Shown piece after piece: positions 38,987-49,041 of a DNA stretch of 64,000 nt. The notes beneath the pieces are model-generated. The model saw nothing but the letters and a program-made list of their open reading frames with translations. It did no database searches and had not been told where the DNA came from. The translations under genes were made by a program, and so were the position numbers. Source of the stretch: an uncultured Candidatus Babeliaceae bacterium (GTDB lineage Bacteria; Babelota; Babeliae; Babelales; Babelaceae); assembly GCA_963704655.1 (NCBI GenBank), contig OY969927.1, positions 1,184,001 to 1,248,000 on the forward strand, given 5' to 3'. Position 1 is the stretch's first letter; each line of letters opens with the position of its first letter.

Positions 38987-40702
38987 ATGAAAGAAAAAAT
39001 AATGAAGTTAATTAAACTAGTGGCCGTTGCTGTAATAATGGCATTCACCCTTCAAAATAGTGCACATGGCCCAGAAAGCCATTTACATAACGTTTTTTAT
39101 ACCCCTGCATTGCGCGAGCAATTTAGCCTGTTTATTGACAATGTTTTAAAACAGGTCCCTTCGACAGATTTTTTTGCGCATATAGATAAGATGCCGGGTA
39201 TTGGTTTTGTGCCTACTGATAGCGATGTTTATGAGCAATTATTGCCTGAAATTAACGCCTTAACGCCACGATTTTCACTTTATTATAAAATGGCATCATT
39301 GCAGAACCAGAAAAGTGTTCTTTCTGGGCAAATTCAAGAGCTTTTAGCTGATAAAAAAAGTATAGATGGCTGTGTTGAAATAGGTGGTCCTGGTACTTAT
39401 ACCAGCTGCATCAAAAAATTTATAACCGTTACTGGCGATATTTATGCAATAAATGATAAGCAAGAGGCAAGTGACCGTATTAAAGCATTTAGCTTTAACA
39501 TCAAAAACGGGTTTTTGCCGTATAATCATTTTGTGCCATTACAAGATTACGCGTCTATCGCCGAAGAAGTTATTCCAAGTAATAGTGTAGACTTGGTCAT
39601 CTGTGCTATTGGGTTGCACCATATTCCTGTAGAAAAATTATCTGATTTTGTTGCATCGATTCATAGAATCTTGCGCCCAGGTGGCACATTTATTGTGCGT
39701 GACCATGATGTTATTAATGATGATATTATGGACTTAACCCATGCTGCGCATAGCGTATATAATCTGCTTATGGTTAATGAGCCGTTAGAAAACGAGCGAG
39801 CAGAATTTAGAAACTTTAAAGCATTATCTTACTGGATTGAACTTTTACAACAACACGGTTTTGAAGTTGGCTCTGAGCGCCTTTTACAAAAGGGTGATCC
39901 AACACATAACACGATGTTAAAATTTACAAAAATTGCACAAACTGAGCCTGAAAAAGTTTTGCAAATTTCACATGATATAAGCAAAGAGCCTGGGTACCAA
40001 GCCAAGTTTATTGATACTTTTTTAAAGACCACCGAATGGTTTAATGTTGATATGACGCAAGAGTATGCAAAATTTATCGATTATAGGCCCTTTTATGAGT
40101 TTCCGTGGTTTGAAAGCGTTGGTCTTTATTGGGATCTATTTGCAAAATCGTGGAAAGTTGCTGCTAAAAAAACAAGCCATTGGGCTGTTTTGAGTTCAAC
40201 AGAGACAGGGATGAATCTTTTTATCGGTGTAACTATGACATTAGAATATGTCGCTAAAGGTATAATATCATGGCCTATTCGTATGGCTATTGCAGGTGTT
40301 GCTCCAGATAAAATTACCCTGTTTATTAATGATCGTGACAATAATGTTGAGTCATTTGATAGTCGCATCAAAATCGCTCAGCAGTATGCCAATAGCAGCC
40401 TTAAAGTTATTGATACTCCACGTTATAAAGAGTTTTTAGATATCTTGGTGGAGCTTAAAAAGTCGAATATAACTATTCTAGAAATTGCCGGTAATAAAGA
40501 GATTCAGATAAAAGTTCGCAAGAAAAATAGTATCCCTATGAATCTTACTATCCAAGGCACTGCAATCTTATACGATTGGCAGATCCCTACGCAGCAAGAT
40601 TATACCTATTATGCTTTATCTGTGCAGGTAGATAAACTTCTTGATGTCATGAGAGATTTTTCTGCTCACGGTATTGAAGTTTTATACGTTCATGATTTTT
40701 AA
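38987..40702 (+). CDS. Class I SAM-dependent methyltransferase-domain protein with leader and uncharacterised C-terminal half
   Basis: VEIGGPG, SNSVDLVICAIGLHH, LRPGGTFIVRDHD. Confidence 0.85.
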   Translation: MKEKIMKLIKLVAVAVIMAFTLQNSAHGPESHLHNVFYTPALREQFSLFIDNVLKQVPSTDFFAHIDKMPGIGFVPTDSDVYEQLLPEINALTPRFSLYYKMASLQNQKSVLSGQIQELLADKKSIDGCVEIGGPGTYTSCIKKFITVTGDIYAINDKQEASDRIKAFSFNIKNGFLPYNHFVPLQDYASIAEEVIPSNSVDLVICAIGLHHIPVEKLSDFVASIHRILRPGGTFIVRDHDVINDDIMDLTHAAHSVYNLLMVNEPLENERAEFRNFKALSYWIELLQQHGFEVGSERLLQKGDPTHNTMLKFTKIAQTEPEKVLQISHDISKEPGYQAKFIDTFLKTTEWFNVDMTQEYAKFIDYRPFYEFPWFESVGLYWDLFAKSWKVAAKKTSHWAVLSSTETGMNLFIGVTMTLEYVAKGIISWPIRMAIAGVAPDKITLFINDRDNNVESFDSRIKIAQQYANSSLKVIDTPRYKEFLDILVELKKSNITILEIAGNKEIQIKVRKKNSIPMNLTIQGTAILYDWQIPTQQDYTYYALSVQVDKLLDVMRDFSAHGIEVLYVHDF

Positions 40703-41049
40703 TAGTGAAGATACTGAGCATTTTTTGTGTCTTTAAGCGCTTGTAGCGCTTCAGGAGCATCCGCAAAAATTGCTGCCATGAGTTTCGTTTCTTTCGATAT
40801 TATTTCCGTAGCTTTTAAATTATTAACAAGCTGGAAAAAATATCGTAACTCTTTCTGGGTAGTTTTGAGTACCTCAGAAGGTTTTAATGTTTTTCCCCCG
40901 AGTGCTGAAACGATATTTGAGTTGTTTACAAAAAGTTCAAAACCATTATTTGTTAAACGGTCCCTGAGCATGTTTTCAGAAGGAATGGTAACTTCCATTG
41001 CTTGAGCTACACAAGGCAAAAGCAAGCTACATAAAAATATCTTTTTCAT
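40699..41049 (-). CDS. Hypothetical exported protein
   Basis: Leader ending AQA|MEV. Confidence 0.8.
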   Translation of the reverse strand: MKKIFLCSLLLPCVAQAMEVTIPSENMLRDRLTNNGFELFVNNSNIVSALGGKTLKPSEVLKTTQKELRYFFQLVNNLKATEIISKETKLMAAIFADAPEALQALKDTKNAQYLHY

Positions 41050-41081
41050 AGACTCTTCCTATAAAAATGTCTGAGTTTATT

Positions 41082-41576
41082 TCAAAATTCATTATCATCT
41101 TCAAAAGATTTTATAATCTCGTTAAGGGCGCGTTGCTTAGGTGAACCTTCCCAGATTCTTCTTTGGAGTTCATTCACGCATTGTTCAGCATAGACAGCTT
41201 CCTTATAAGTTAATTTTTCGCGTGCTATAAGTATATATTTGGAGGAGTCTAGGATACTTTCTGCTTTATTAAAGATAGCGAGTATAGGCAATTCTCTTTC
41301 TAATAAGTGTATTATCACATTATCTTGTATAGGTGAGCAATGTACTGCGATATCGATTGCGGTTAATTCTGTTACTTCATAGCCCTTAAATAGTGATGAT
41401 AAAAGCAATATTCCTGAAAGTGTTTTTCGAGGGAAATATGTTTCTAATTCTGCTACACGATCTTCTAGATTTGGGAATTGTCCTAAAAGGTTTAAAGCCT
41501 CTTCAACATTACTTTTTTCCATAGCATTGCAGCTTAGAATGACAGATATTCCTATAAGAAGTATCTTTTTTACCAT
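41082..41576 (-). CDS. Hypothetical exported protein
   Basis: Leader ending CNA|MEK. Confidence 0.8.
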   Translation of the reverse strand: MVKKILLIGISVILSCNAMEKSNVEEALNLLGQFPNLEDRVAELETYFPRKTLSGILLLSSLFKGYEVTELTAIDIAVHCSPIQDNVIIHLLERELPILAIFNKAESILDSSKYILIAREKLTYKEAVYAEQCVNELQRRIWEGSPKQRALNEIIKSFEDDNEF

Positions 41577-41711
41577 TGAGAGCCCTTTTTAAACGAGACT
41601 ATATTCTTAAGGTATCCCTTTTTTCTACCTCTTGCCAATAAATTTTAAATAAAATAGTTTTTGTTATACTATTTAATGTTTTGTACAATTACTATTTTTT
41701 AGGGCAAACTT

Positions 41712-42425
41712 ATGCAATTTCATATAAAAAACATTTTTATTATTTTAGCTTTTTATGCTTTTTCCACTATTCCTGTTTGCGCAATGAATGCAAATATGCA
41801 AAAAACGCTTGACGCTGTTGAAGCTAACATTGAATTGGCTGAGCGCATCAAGGATGAGACAGAACAAGAATTTAAGACTCAAAAGGAATCTTTTGATGCA
41901 TTGGGTAAAGATTTCTCTACCAGCCAAGAGTATCAGCAACTTCGCGTTAAAATTGATACCTATAGAGCAGCTAGAGAAGTACTTACTTGGGAACAAATAT
42001 CTTCTGGAAGGTTCTGTCCAGTTGACTCAGAAAGATTTTCTAAGTATTGCTTAACCCGGGGTTTGCACTATCAAGGAGATATGTCTTATCAGGGAGATAC
42101 GTTTTCAGACAAAGAGGAGGAAGTTGAATTGCAAAAGATTGAAAATAATATTGAAAAAACGATTAGAAATCATAAAAATCCTCGAATGGCTGCCTTGATT
42201 GCACGTATGCAACATGATAAAAAACAAAATAAGAAACAAAAACTGGATAAAATAGCTGAAGCGAATTTTCATCAGGCATATTTATTAGAACAGCTTATCT
42301 TTGGGTTAGTAACTAAACCATTATCTGAAGAACAGTTTAAAGAACTAGCTTCTAATGGTTTTGATAAGAAAAAATTGTCTGCTATGATTCGCTCGTATAG
42401 AATTTATAAGAGTAATGATGTGTGA
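41712..42425 (+). CDS. Hypothetical exported coiled-coil protein
   Basis: Leader ending VCA|MNA. Confidence 0.8.
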   Translation: MQFHIKNIFIILAFYAFSTIPVCAMNANMQKTLDAVEANIELAERIKDETEQEFKTQKESFDALGKDFSTSQEYQQLRVKIDTYRAAREVLTWEQISSGRFCPVDSERFSKYCLTRGLHYQGDMSYQGDTFSDKEEEVELQKIENNIEKTIRNHKNPRMAALIARMQHDKKQNKKQKLDKIAEANFHQAYLLEQLIFGLVTKPLSEEQFKELASNGFDKKKLSAMIRSYRIYKSNDV

Positions 42426-42454
42426 TTAAAGATTAAATAAAATAAAGGTACATT

Positions 42455-42943
42455 ATGAAAAATAGTTCAAAGATATTGTTGTTGATCGCATTTATGGGCA
42501 TGGGGACAGTTACCATTTATGGTGGTGACCGTAAAGTTCTAGGCAGGGTTAATGATAGTGGATTGAAAAAAAATCTTCTTGGGGCAAGTCTTGGGGCAAG
42601 TCTTGGGGCAAGTAGTGCACCCACTCGTGAAAAAAGGTTATATTCGAACTGGGTCCAGGGTTCATACTACTTAGGTTTCGACTTGGGCTTGCCAGATGTA
42701 AGTTCACTTTCAATTAAAGATATGACGAGACAAATGCCAAAAGAAGGTGTGGATGGAGAAACGTATAATGCTGTATTAGAAAATGGTGATATTTTAGAAG
42801 TAACTTATTTTCATGCAGGACCAATGAAAGGTCAATTTTTGGGTAACCATTTTTGCCAGGATGGTGTTAACGGTTACAGCGTAAGTGCGGAATATTTTAA
42901 TAAGATTAAACAACGTTATGAAGAATTACAAAAACCTCGTTGA
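42455..42943 (+). CDS. Hypothetical exported protein
   Basis: SD aaaggt; hydrophobic leader. Confidence 0.8.
   Translation: MKNSSKILLLIAFMGMGTVTIYGGDRKVLGRVNDSGLKKNLLGASLGASLGASSAPTREKRLYSNWVQGSYYLGFDLGLPDVSSLSIKDMTRQMPKEGVDGETYNAVLENGDILEVTYFHAGPMKGQFLGNHFCQDGVNGYSVSAEYFNKIKQRYEELQKPR
42577..42613 (+). repeat. Perfect in-frame 12-bp tandem repeat x3 (LGAS)
   Basis: (tcttggggcaag)3. Confidence 0.95.
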
Positions 42944-43221
42944 ACCTTTGTAGAAAGAGATTCAAATAATTAATAGATTAAGAAAAAAGAGGGACTATTT
43001 TTAAAATAGTCACTCTTGCAATAGATGGTAGTAAAAAACTACTTATTTTGTAAGATATTCTTGAATTCTGAATAATACGCGCGCGAAGTTGTTGCGTTCA
43101 AACGTATATTTTTCTTCAGCTGTTTGTGCGTCACTTGCTGTTCTAATAAGAATATTGCACTATATAGGGCAGTTTTGTTATCTTTTGTATAGGGTTTATT
43201 TAAGTTCACAAATGGGGGGCC

Positions 43222-44145
43222 ATGATGAAGATACAAATCTATACATTAATACTTGTATCTATGTTGTCTATTTCGGCAATGGAGCTACAAAAGACAAAGT
43301 CTGAAGGCGATGCTTTTAATGGGGCGCTTGACTCAGGTGATTTAGAAACGATGCTCACGCAGGCTGAGCAACTTTTTGATAGTGACTATCTTCAGGCATG
43401 GGCATTGGCTGAAGCCGCAACTGCCTTTGCAAGAGAAGGCGAAGCAGCATACTTTCTAGCGCGTCGATTTATTCCCGAAATAAGTAATTCAATAAAACGG
43501 CAAGAAGTATTGGATGGCAAACAGACCGGGGAATATCTCTTAAACCGAGCATGCTCGCAAAATAATCCCGCAGCAAAAGAATTTTTTAAAGAGCTTAATG
43601 GTCAGGAATTTCAGCATTCTACAACTCATGATAAAAGTAGAGCAGAATTTGAAGAGTATATACGATCGAGAAAACAATTAAGAGCTGAGGATTTTTTACG
43701 TAATGCACAAGGGTGTAGTGAGCCTGGCCATTCTGGCGATTTTAGACATCATTTACGTGGATTAACGTTGGCAATGATCGGTTTTTTTCAATACCCAGAT
43801 GACCACAATCTGCCATTCTGGATCGCACAATTTGCCAGCAATCGACAAGCCAATAAATCATATAAAGATTCTGGGGACTTTCAACATCTATTTTCTCCAA
43901 ATATACCGCTTGCTGAAAAATATTTAGCTTTTGCAAGCAAAGGGGAAGCTTCTACTCAAGCACGCATATTGCTGTTACAAGCACATTTAAACCGGGACAA
44001 AAAAACTGATAATCCGCGCGAATTATATAGCGAAGCACTTGCTGCGCCAGACTTTCATACATTGCCTGATCATGTAAATCTTAAACGTTCTATCGAGCGT
44101 GAAATACATACGTGCGGGGCATCATGCGGTTGTGCTGTATTATGA
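43222..44145 (+). CDS. Exported helical-repeat (Sel1/TPR-like) protein with C-terminal CaaX motif
   Basis: Leader ending ISA|MEL; YLLNRACSQNNPAA and LAEKYLAFA; ends CGASCGCAVL. Confidence 0.82.
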   Translation: MMKIQIYTLILVSMLSISAMELQKTKSEGDAFNGALDSGDLETMLTQAEQLFDSDYLQAWALAEAATAFAREGEAAYFLARRFIPEISNSIKRQEVLDGKQTGEYLLNRACSQNNPAAKEFFKELNGQEFQHSTTHDKSRAEFEEYIRSRKQLRAEDFLRNAQGCSEPGHSGDFRHHLRGLTLAMIGFFQYPDDHNLPFWIAQFASNRQANKSYKDSGDFQHLFSPNIPLAEKYLAFASKGEASTQARILLLQAHLNRDKKTDNPRELYSEALAAPDFHTLPDHVNLKRSIEREIHTCGASCGCAVL

Positions 44146-45024
44146 TGCGCCCGTTGCCTTGCATAGATCACTTATATCACGATCAAGCATTTTAATGCTG
44201 TCTTTACAGCTATTCATGATAGCGCGCGAGGCATGTATCCCTTCTGGGCCTTCGGGATTGCCAAAGCTTGTAAGTACTTCCATGAATGTAGGATTTGGCA
44301 ATTTACTGTAGATCGTTAATTCGGTTTCAGTAAATGGGAAAGGAGCAAGTTCAATCATCGCTTCTTTATATTTTTCTAACTTTCTTTTACGTTTTGCCAA
44401 CTGTAAAACTAGTGCACTTGCTGGCACTTTTTCTGTAGCATGTGCAGTGCATAATGCAACAAATTTACTTAATTGATCTGGCATTGTATAGAGCCCTTTG
44501 CCAACATAGTATTGCGGATCAAAATTATTGTTTGGCTTTGTATGCTCAGGATTATTTGAAGAAAGAAATGTTTTATAATCTGTAAGGCCAAAATTCGTGC
44601 ACTTTTGGGCAAACTCTGGGGCTGTCACCTTAAGTTCAGAGCGTTTTCTAAGTTCTTGATGCGTATCAATGATGGTATTAAAAATTTGTGGGCGAAGTGC
44701 GATTAGTTTTTTCCAATTTGTAAGCGTTGGTGTAGGGTATCGATTTTTATAATATTCGTTTAATGCTGCAAGCCCTGCAACGGTTATTGCGCATGTTGCC
44801 GAAGATGCTGGCAGACTTATGATATATTGGGCTACCGCTGCAACAGGAAGTGTCAATATAAAAGCTGGCACTGTTGCGCCAAGCCCTTCTTGTACCGCTT
44901 GCGCATGTAATTCTTTGTCTGTTGGATCTGGCGGCAGTTCGTCCATTGCCATAAGTGGGAGTATGCAAAGTAGTGAAAGAAGATAGAAGTTAATGATATT
45001 TTCCCTGTTGTTTTTATTCGTCAT
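44140..45024 (-). CDS. Hypothetical exported protein with two hydrophobic segments
   Basis: Leader ending LMA|MDE; start uncertain. Confidence 0.75.
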   Translation of the reverse strand: MTNKNNRENIINFYLLSLLCILPLMAMDELPPDPTDKELHAQAVQEGLGATVPAFILTLPVAAVAQYIISLPASSATCAITVAGLAALNEYYKNRYPTPTLTNWKKLIALRPQIFNTIIDTHQELRKRSELKVTAPEFAQKCTNFGLTDYKTFLSSNNPEHTKPNNNFDPQYYVGKGLYTMPDQLSKFVALCTAHATEKVPASALVLQLAKRKRKLEKYKEAMIELAPFPFTETELTIYSKLPNPTFMEVLTSFGNPEGPEGIHASRAIMNSCKDSIKMLDRDISDLCKATGAS

Positions 45025-45343
45025 CTTGCCAGTCTTTTTTTGTTGAGCAGGTATGTTCCACGGGTATGAGATAAAAGTTTTTTATACCTTCACCTGTAGA
45101 ATTTGTACTCACACGATAACAATTTAAGCCAGTTTCTTCATCATACACTATAGGCCAATTTCGTGGAACCGGCTGCCATTGGTCTTCTGAAAATCCTTGA
45201 AAATGACTCAGTGCATAGGATGTTGTTTTTTGTAATCCATTGATAGTCAGGAGAGTCGAGAAATTCTTGAATGAGTGCCAGGCCAGCTGTTAATTCTGGA
45301 ACCGCACGCAATTTGTCTAATTTTTACTATCTCACGTAATGTT

Positions 45344-46720
45344 TTACGGGACAAGGGTATCAAGAATGAATTCGGACCATGTCTTTTCATAGCGTAAATC
45401 AAAAAGATACTGCAAAAACCATTGCATATCTTCAGGAAATGACCGGTAAATATCATTCATTTGGTCACGGTCCAATTTTTTATTATTTTTTTCAATGAGA
45501 CTACTTATCGATAACGGAAGCCCTTTATTTTTGCTGGCAATAAGCAACAATACAAAAAGTTTTTGTTCCAACGTTGGTGCATGCTTTTTTCTGCTATTAA
45601 AAAAATATTCTGTCAGTTTTTCTTGTGGGTGCCAAAGGTATATACCTTCATGCGTGGCACATTGGTTTTCTACAGGGTTCCATGCAAATGCCATTTCATT
45701 TGAAGGGAACTCAAGTTTATGCATGAGCTCTTCTGTTGTATGGTTAACGATATAAATGCCATTATACTCACTATTTTCTTTGTAATACGTAGCCGCGATA
45801 TAGTTGCCATCTGGTGACCACGCGAGGTTTTGTATTTTATTATCCTGCTCATGAACAGGCGCTATCTCTTTTCTATCAGATAGTTCATATGCATCATCCA
45901 GCGCATATGTTGTTATTTGGCTCTCTCCTGAAAACGCAATATGCGTCCCCAGTTTGTTAAATATTAAATTTTCATAAAGTCGCGATTCTGGCGCGACAGG
46001 AGGAATTATTGTCTTTTTTAAGCCTTCAAGAGCATCATATACCGTTACTCTATCGTGGCAAACTAAAATAAATTCTGGTTTAATGGGGTGCCAGGCCAAA
46101 TTTTTTGAATCATCTCCAAAATCACTGCCGTATTCCGTTTGCGTGAAAGGCATAGATTTAATTAATTTTTTTGTTGAAAGGCAATAGGTAGAAACTCTAT
46201 CATTTTTAAGCGATGCAAATAAATCATGGGATGGGGATATAAATAACTCGCTACCCGCTTGATATATCTCTTGGCCGGTATTCATATCGATGAACATGTA
46301 TTTGCCAATTGAGGCTACATCGTTATGGGCCCAGCTTATTTTGCCAGTGGAAAGGAATGGGCAAATGACTTTGGCGCGCTGTATTCTTTTTGCGGTTTTT
46401 ATACATGAAAGGTACCAGATGTCATTCCGTACCGCAAGTTGAGTGCCATCTGGGTTCCATGCCAGCTGCTTAATAAAATTATTAACGGGTATCTTTTTGC
46501 AAAAGTGCATATCGGGCAGCGTTTTAAGCGCATTTTTGAGCATATATCCAACAATATGATCTTTTATTTCATCGGGTAATCTATTATCAAAAAATGGCAC
46601 TTTTGCTTTTTGATCTTGCTTGTTTATTATGCGCTCACCCGCTGCGGTGATAAGAAGATCAGTGATGGGGGCAAAAAGACAGGGACAACAAAACGTGAAT
46701 GCTAATGCTATCTTATTCAT
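45344..46720 (-). CDS. Exported WD40-repeat protein with F-box-like motif
   Basis: ATGA overlap with the upstream stop; FDNRLPDEIKDHIVGYM; LAWNPDG, LAWHP, LAWSPDG. Confidence 0.88.
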   Translation of the reverse strand: MNKIALAFTFCCPCLFAPITDLLITAAGERIINKQDQKAKVPFFDNRLPDEIKDHIVGYMLKNALKTLPDMHFCKKIPVNNFIKQLAWNPDGTQLAVRNDIWYLSCIKTAKRIQRAKVICPFLSTGKISWAHNDVASIGKYMFIDMNTGQEIYQAGSELFISPSHDLFASLKNDRVSTYCLSTKKLIKSMPFTQTEYGSDFGDDSKNLAWHPIKPEFILVCHDRVTVYDALEGLKKTIIPPVAPESRLYENLIFNKLGTHIAFSGESQITTYALDDAYELSDRKEIAPVHEQDNKIQNLAWSPDGNYIAATYYKENSEYNGIYIVNHTTEELMHKLEFPSNEMAFAWNPVENQCATHEGIYLWHPQEKLTEYFFNSRKKHAPTLEQKLFVLLLIASKNKGLPLSISSLIEKNNKKLDRDQMNDIYRSFPEDMQWFLQYLFDLRYEKTWSEFILDTLVP

Positions 46721-47913
46721 ATAAAAAAACATAATGCCTCTGATACTGGGCGTTCATGGTATACCGTTTGGCTCTCTGTAGAGTTTTTAATAAAATAACA
46801 TGCTGATGGTTGATTTGGTATGGTGTCTTTAAGATACAGCGTGGTGCATCCACCGCCGCCGATATTTAATGCATCGGTGCATCCTAGGTTTTGCATAAAT
46901 TCTGCAAGCTCCGGCATGCTTATACCTTCACTGTCTTTGGTTCGCCCTTCAACAACAACTATACAGAGTTGATTATTTGTGGTTATGCCGACTGCAGTGC
47001 GTGGGTGGCGTTGGTCAATAAGCCAATGTTGCATCTGCGTGGTATGAAAATCTGCCGCGACTTCGTCATTGCAATGCACAATTTCCTGCCCTTGGCTAAA
47101 CTCTTCAAAAAGCTCTTGCTGTTGTATGGTGCCATTATGTATCAGTAAACCTGCGCCACCAAGTACAAAATCATAATCGTTATAGGTTGTTGAATTGTCA
47201 GCTGATGTAACTTCAAGTTTTAAGGTCACCGGCATGCCCTTTTGTAGATCGCATGCGCTTTCAGAATCAACTTGGTATACATAGGTGCCATTTTTAATTT
47301 CTGGTATATCATGCGTGACATTTTGCACGGTGCCATCTGCAATAATAATATTCTTGCCCGGTGTGTGGTTCAACAAAAATGCATCAGCGCATGGTGTGTA
47401 TAAAACTGATTGGCCATAAACTCGTGGCTGGTTAACGTGATCAACGGTATAGCGTTTGTTATCACTAGAGAAATCTATCTTTAAAAATGTTTTATCAATT
47501 GTTGCCTTTTTAGTTTTACTGTTCCAACCAAAAGAGCCACGGGTAAGTTGAAGATCGGAATAAACCTTTTTATCAAGATATAAAAGATTCACTCTATTGC
47601 CATTATATTTTCCGCCACGTCTATAGTTGCTGCCATTAACTGCAAGTAATGCATTGCATCGTTTTGCTATACTGGAGACCTCTTCACGTTGACCCAGGGC
47701 AGGGACAAGTTTAATATCGACTGTATCTAATGGCAGGGTGATGACATGCGCATTAAGGGGAAATTCTGTTGCAGTATAGCGAGCATATAAGATATCAGTT
47801 TCTAACTGCTGAGTTTCTTGAAGGTGCACTTTTATCGCAAAAGATTGTTGAATAATTAAAAGTGCAATAAGTGATAAATTTGTGATGCGCAATAACGTAT
47901 TTTTTTTGATCAT
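46717..47913 (-). CDS. Phosphodiester glycosidase (NAGPA) family protein with leader
   Basis: RHPRTAVG, VVEGR, ELAEFMQNLGCTDALNIGGGG, ERPVSEAL. Confidence 0.85.
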   Translation of the reverse strand: MIKKNTLLRITNLSLIALLIIQQSFAIKVHLQETQQLETDILYARYTATEFPLNAHVITLPLDTVDIKLVPALGQREEVSSIAKRCNALLAVNGSNYRRGGKYNGNRVNLLYLDKKVYSDLQLTRGSFGWNSKTKKATIDKTFLKIDFSSDNKRYTVDHVNQPRVYGQSVLYTPCADAFLLNHTPGKNIIIADGTVQNVTHDIPEIKNGTYVYQVDSESACDLQKGMPVTLKLEVTSADNSTTYNDYDFVLGGAGLLIHNGTIQQQELFEEFSQGQEIVHCNDEVAADFHTTQMQHWLIDQRHPRTAVGITTNNQLCIVVVEGRTKDSEGISMPELAEFMQNLGCTDALNIGGGGCTTLYLKDTIPNQPSACYFIKNSTESQTVYHERPVSEALCFFI

Positions 47914-48422
47914 ATTCTCACCTTATTATAAGTAATGCCTTTAATGCCAAGCTTTTCAGCTGTTGCAATATTAACATATTGGTCATCAATGAAAAGTGAT
48001 TCTTCGACTTTTAAATGATATTTTTTTATAAGATGCTGGTAAATTTCGATATCTGGTTTGTTAACATTAATATCTTGCGAGATAACGACGCCGTCAAAGA
48101 GGTTTAAAAAATCTGGGTAATGTCTTTGCAATAAGTTTAACGACTTAGTGACCCAGTTTGAAAGAATATAGAGCTTATGCACCTTATTGCCATCAGCATC
48201 TTTTTTACATGAAAGTTCATGCACTATAGTATGCATTTCTTGTATAGGTTTAAATGGATTAAATTCTTGATGTGTAAAGCCGATGCTTAAATCGTCGCTT
48301 GTATAGTTAAACAGGACGCCACCGATATCAAAAATAATATTTTTAATTTTTTGATCTTCGATTATTTTCATTATAGTATCTTGACCATGTAACGATAGAG
48401 ATAAAAAAAGAAGTGGGTACAT
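47910..48422 (-). CDS. HAD-superfamily phosphatase
   Basis: IIFDIGGVL, LSN, KPD, FIDD; start after SD aaaggt. Confidence 0.88.
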   Translation of the reverse strand: MYPLLFLSLSLHGQDTIMKIIEDQKIKNIIFDIGGVLFNYTSDDLSIGFTHQEFNPFKPIQEMHTIVHELSCKKDADGNKVHKLYILSNWVTKSLNLLQRHYPDFLNLFDGVVISQDINVNKPDIEIYQHLIKKYHLKVEESLFIDDQYVNIATAEKLGIKGITYNKVRI

Positions 48423-48432
48423 CAACCTTTTT

Positions 48433-49014
48433 TTAATAGGCAAACCCGATGCCGGCTCGAAGATCAAATCCACCGATATCAGCTTTTTGTTTATTAAAGG
48501 TCTCGCGTGGGAACAGGTAGCGGAAGGCAGCAGTAACATCAAAATAGCGGGACACAAATAAGTTTAAACCAACTTCAAATTCGCCGATCCCTTTAGCCGC
48601 TTTTATCGTTTCGCTATAACTTTTTTCAAGCATAAAGATCGCTCCGCCACCTAATGAAATATAGGGCTGGAACGTGCCTCCAGTGCTCAAAAGTGTACGT
48701 AAGTAAAAAGTGAGAGGAACTTCTTGTAATTTTGTTGGATTTTTTAAAAAGGTTGTCTGCCCTTTTGTTTTCCAATAACTTACCTTTGAACCGATTCCAA
48801 TAGATTCTAGGAAATAATAACAGGCATCAACCGTTATTATATTTTGTATGCCATTTTTATAAATTATATTAAAATCGCTATCATCATGCTTAAAGACATA
48901 GCCGGTAGTAAAGGCGAGATTAAAACTTGTGCTCTGTTTTTTTTTCGGCTCTTGGCGAGCTTTAAAACATAGCAAAGGTGTGAACAGAAAGAGCAAAAAA
49001 GCTAATTTTTTCAT
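48433..49014 (-). CDS. Outer-membrane beta-barrel protein (8-stranded type)
   Basis: Leader, amphipathic strands, FQPYISLGGG, terminal GIGFAY. Confidence 0.8.
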   Translation of the reverse strand: MKKLAFLLFLFTPLLCFKARQEPKKKQSTSFNLAFTTGYVFKHDDSDFNIIYKNGIQNIITVDACYYFLESIGIGSKVSYWKTKGQTTFLKNPTKLQEVPLTFYLRTLLSTGGTFQPYISLGGGAIFMLEKSYSETIKAAKGIGEFEVGLNLFVSRYFDVTAAFRYLFPRETFNKQKADIGGFDLRAGIGFAY

Positions 49015-49041
49015 GGTAGTATTCTATAGTTATAATGTATT

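Noticed and set aside
46717-46735. C-terminal CFFI (and CYCK at 18352) as CaaX motifs
   Set aside because: CFFI is the family's terminal beta-strand and CYCK belongs to the CxC disulfide pattern; neither is a typical prenylation signal
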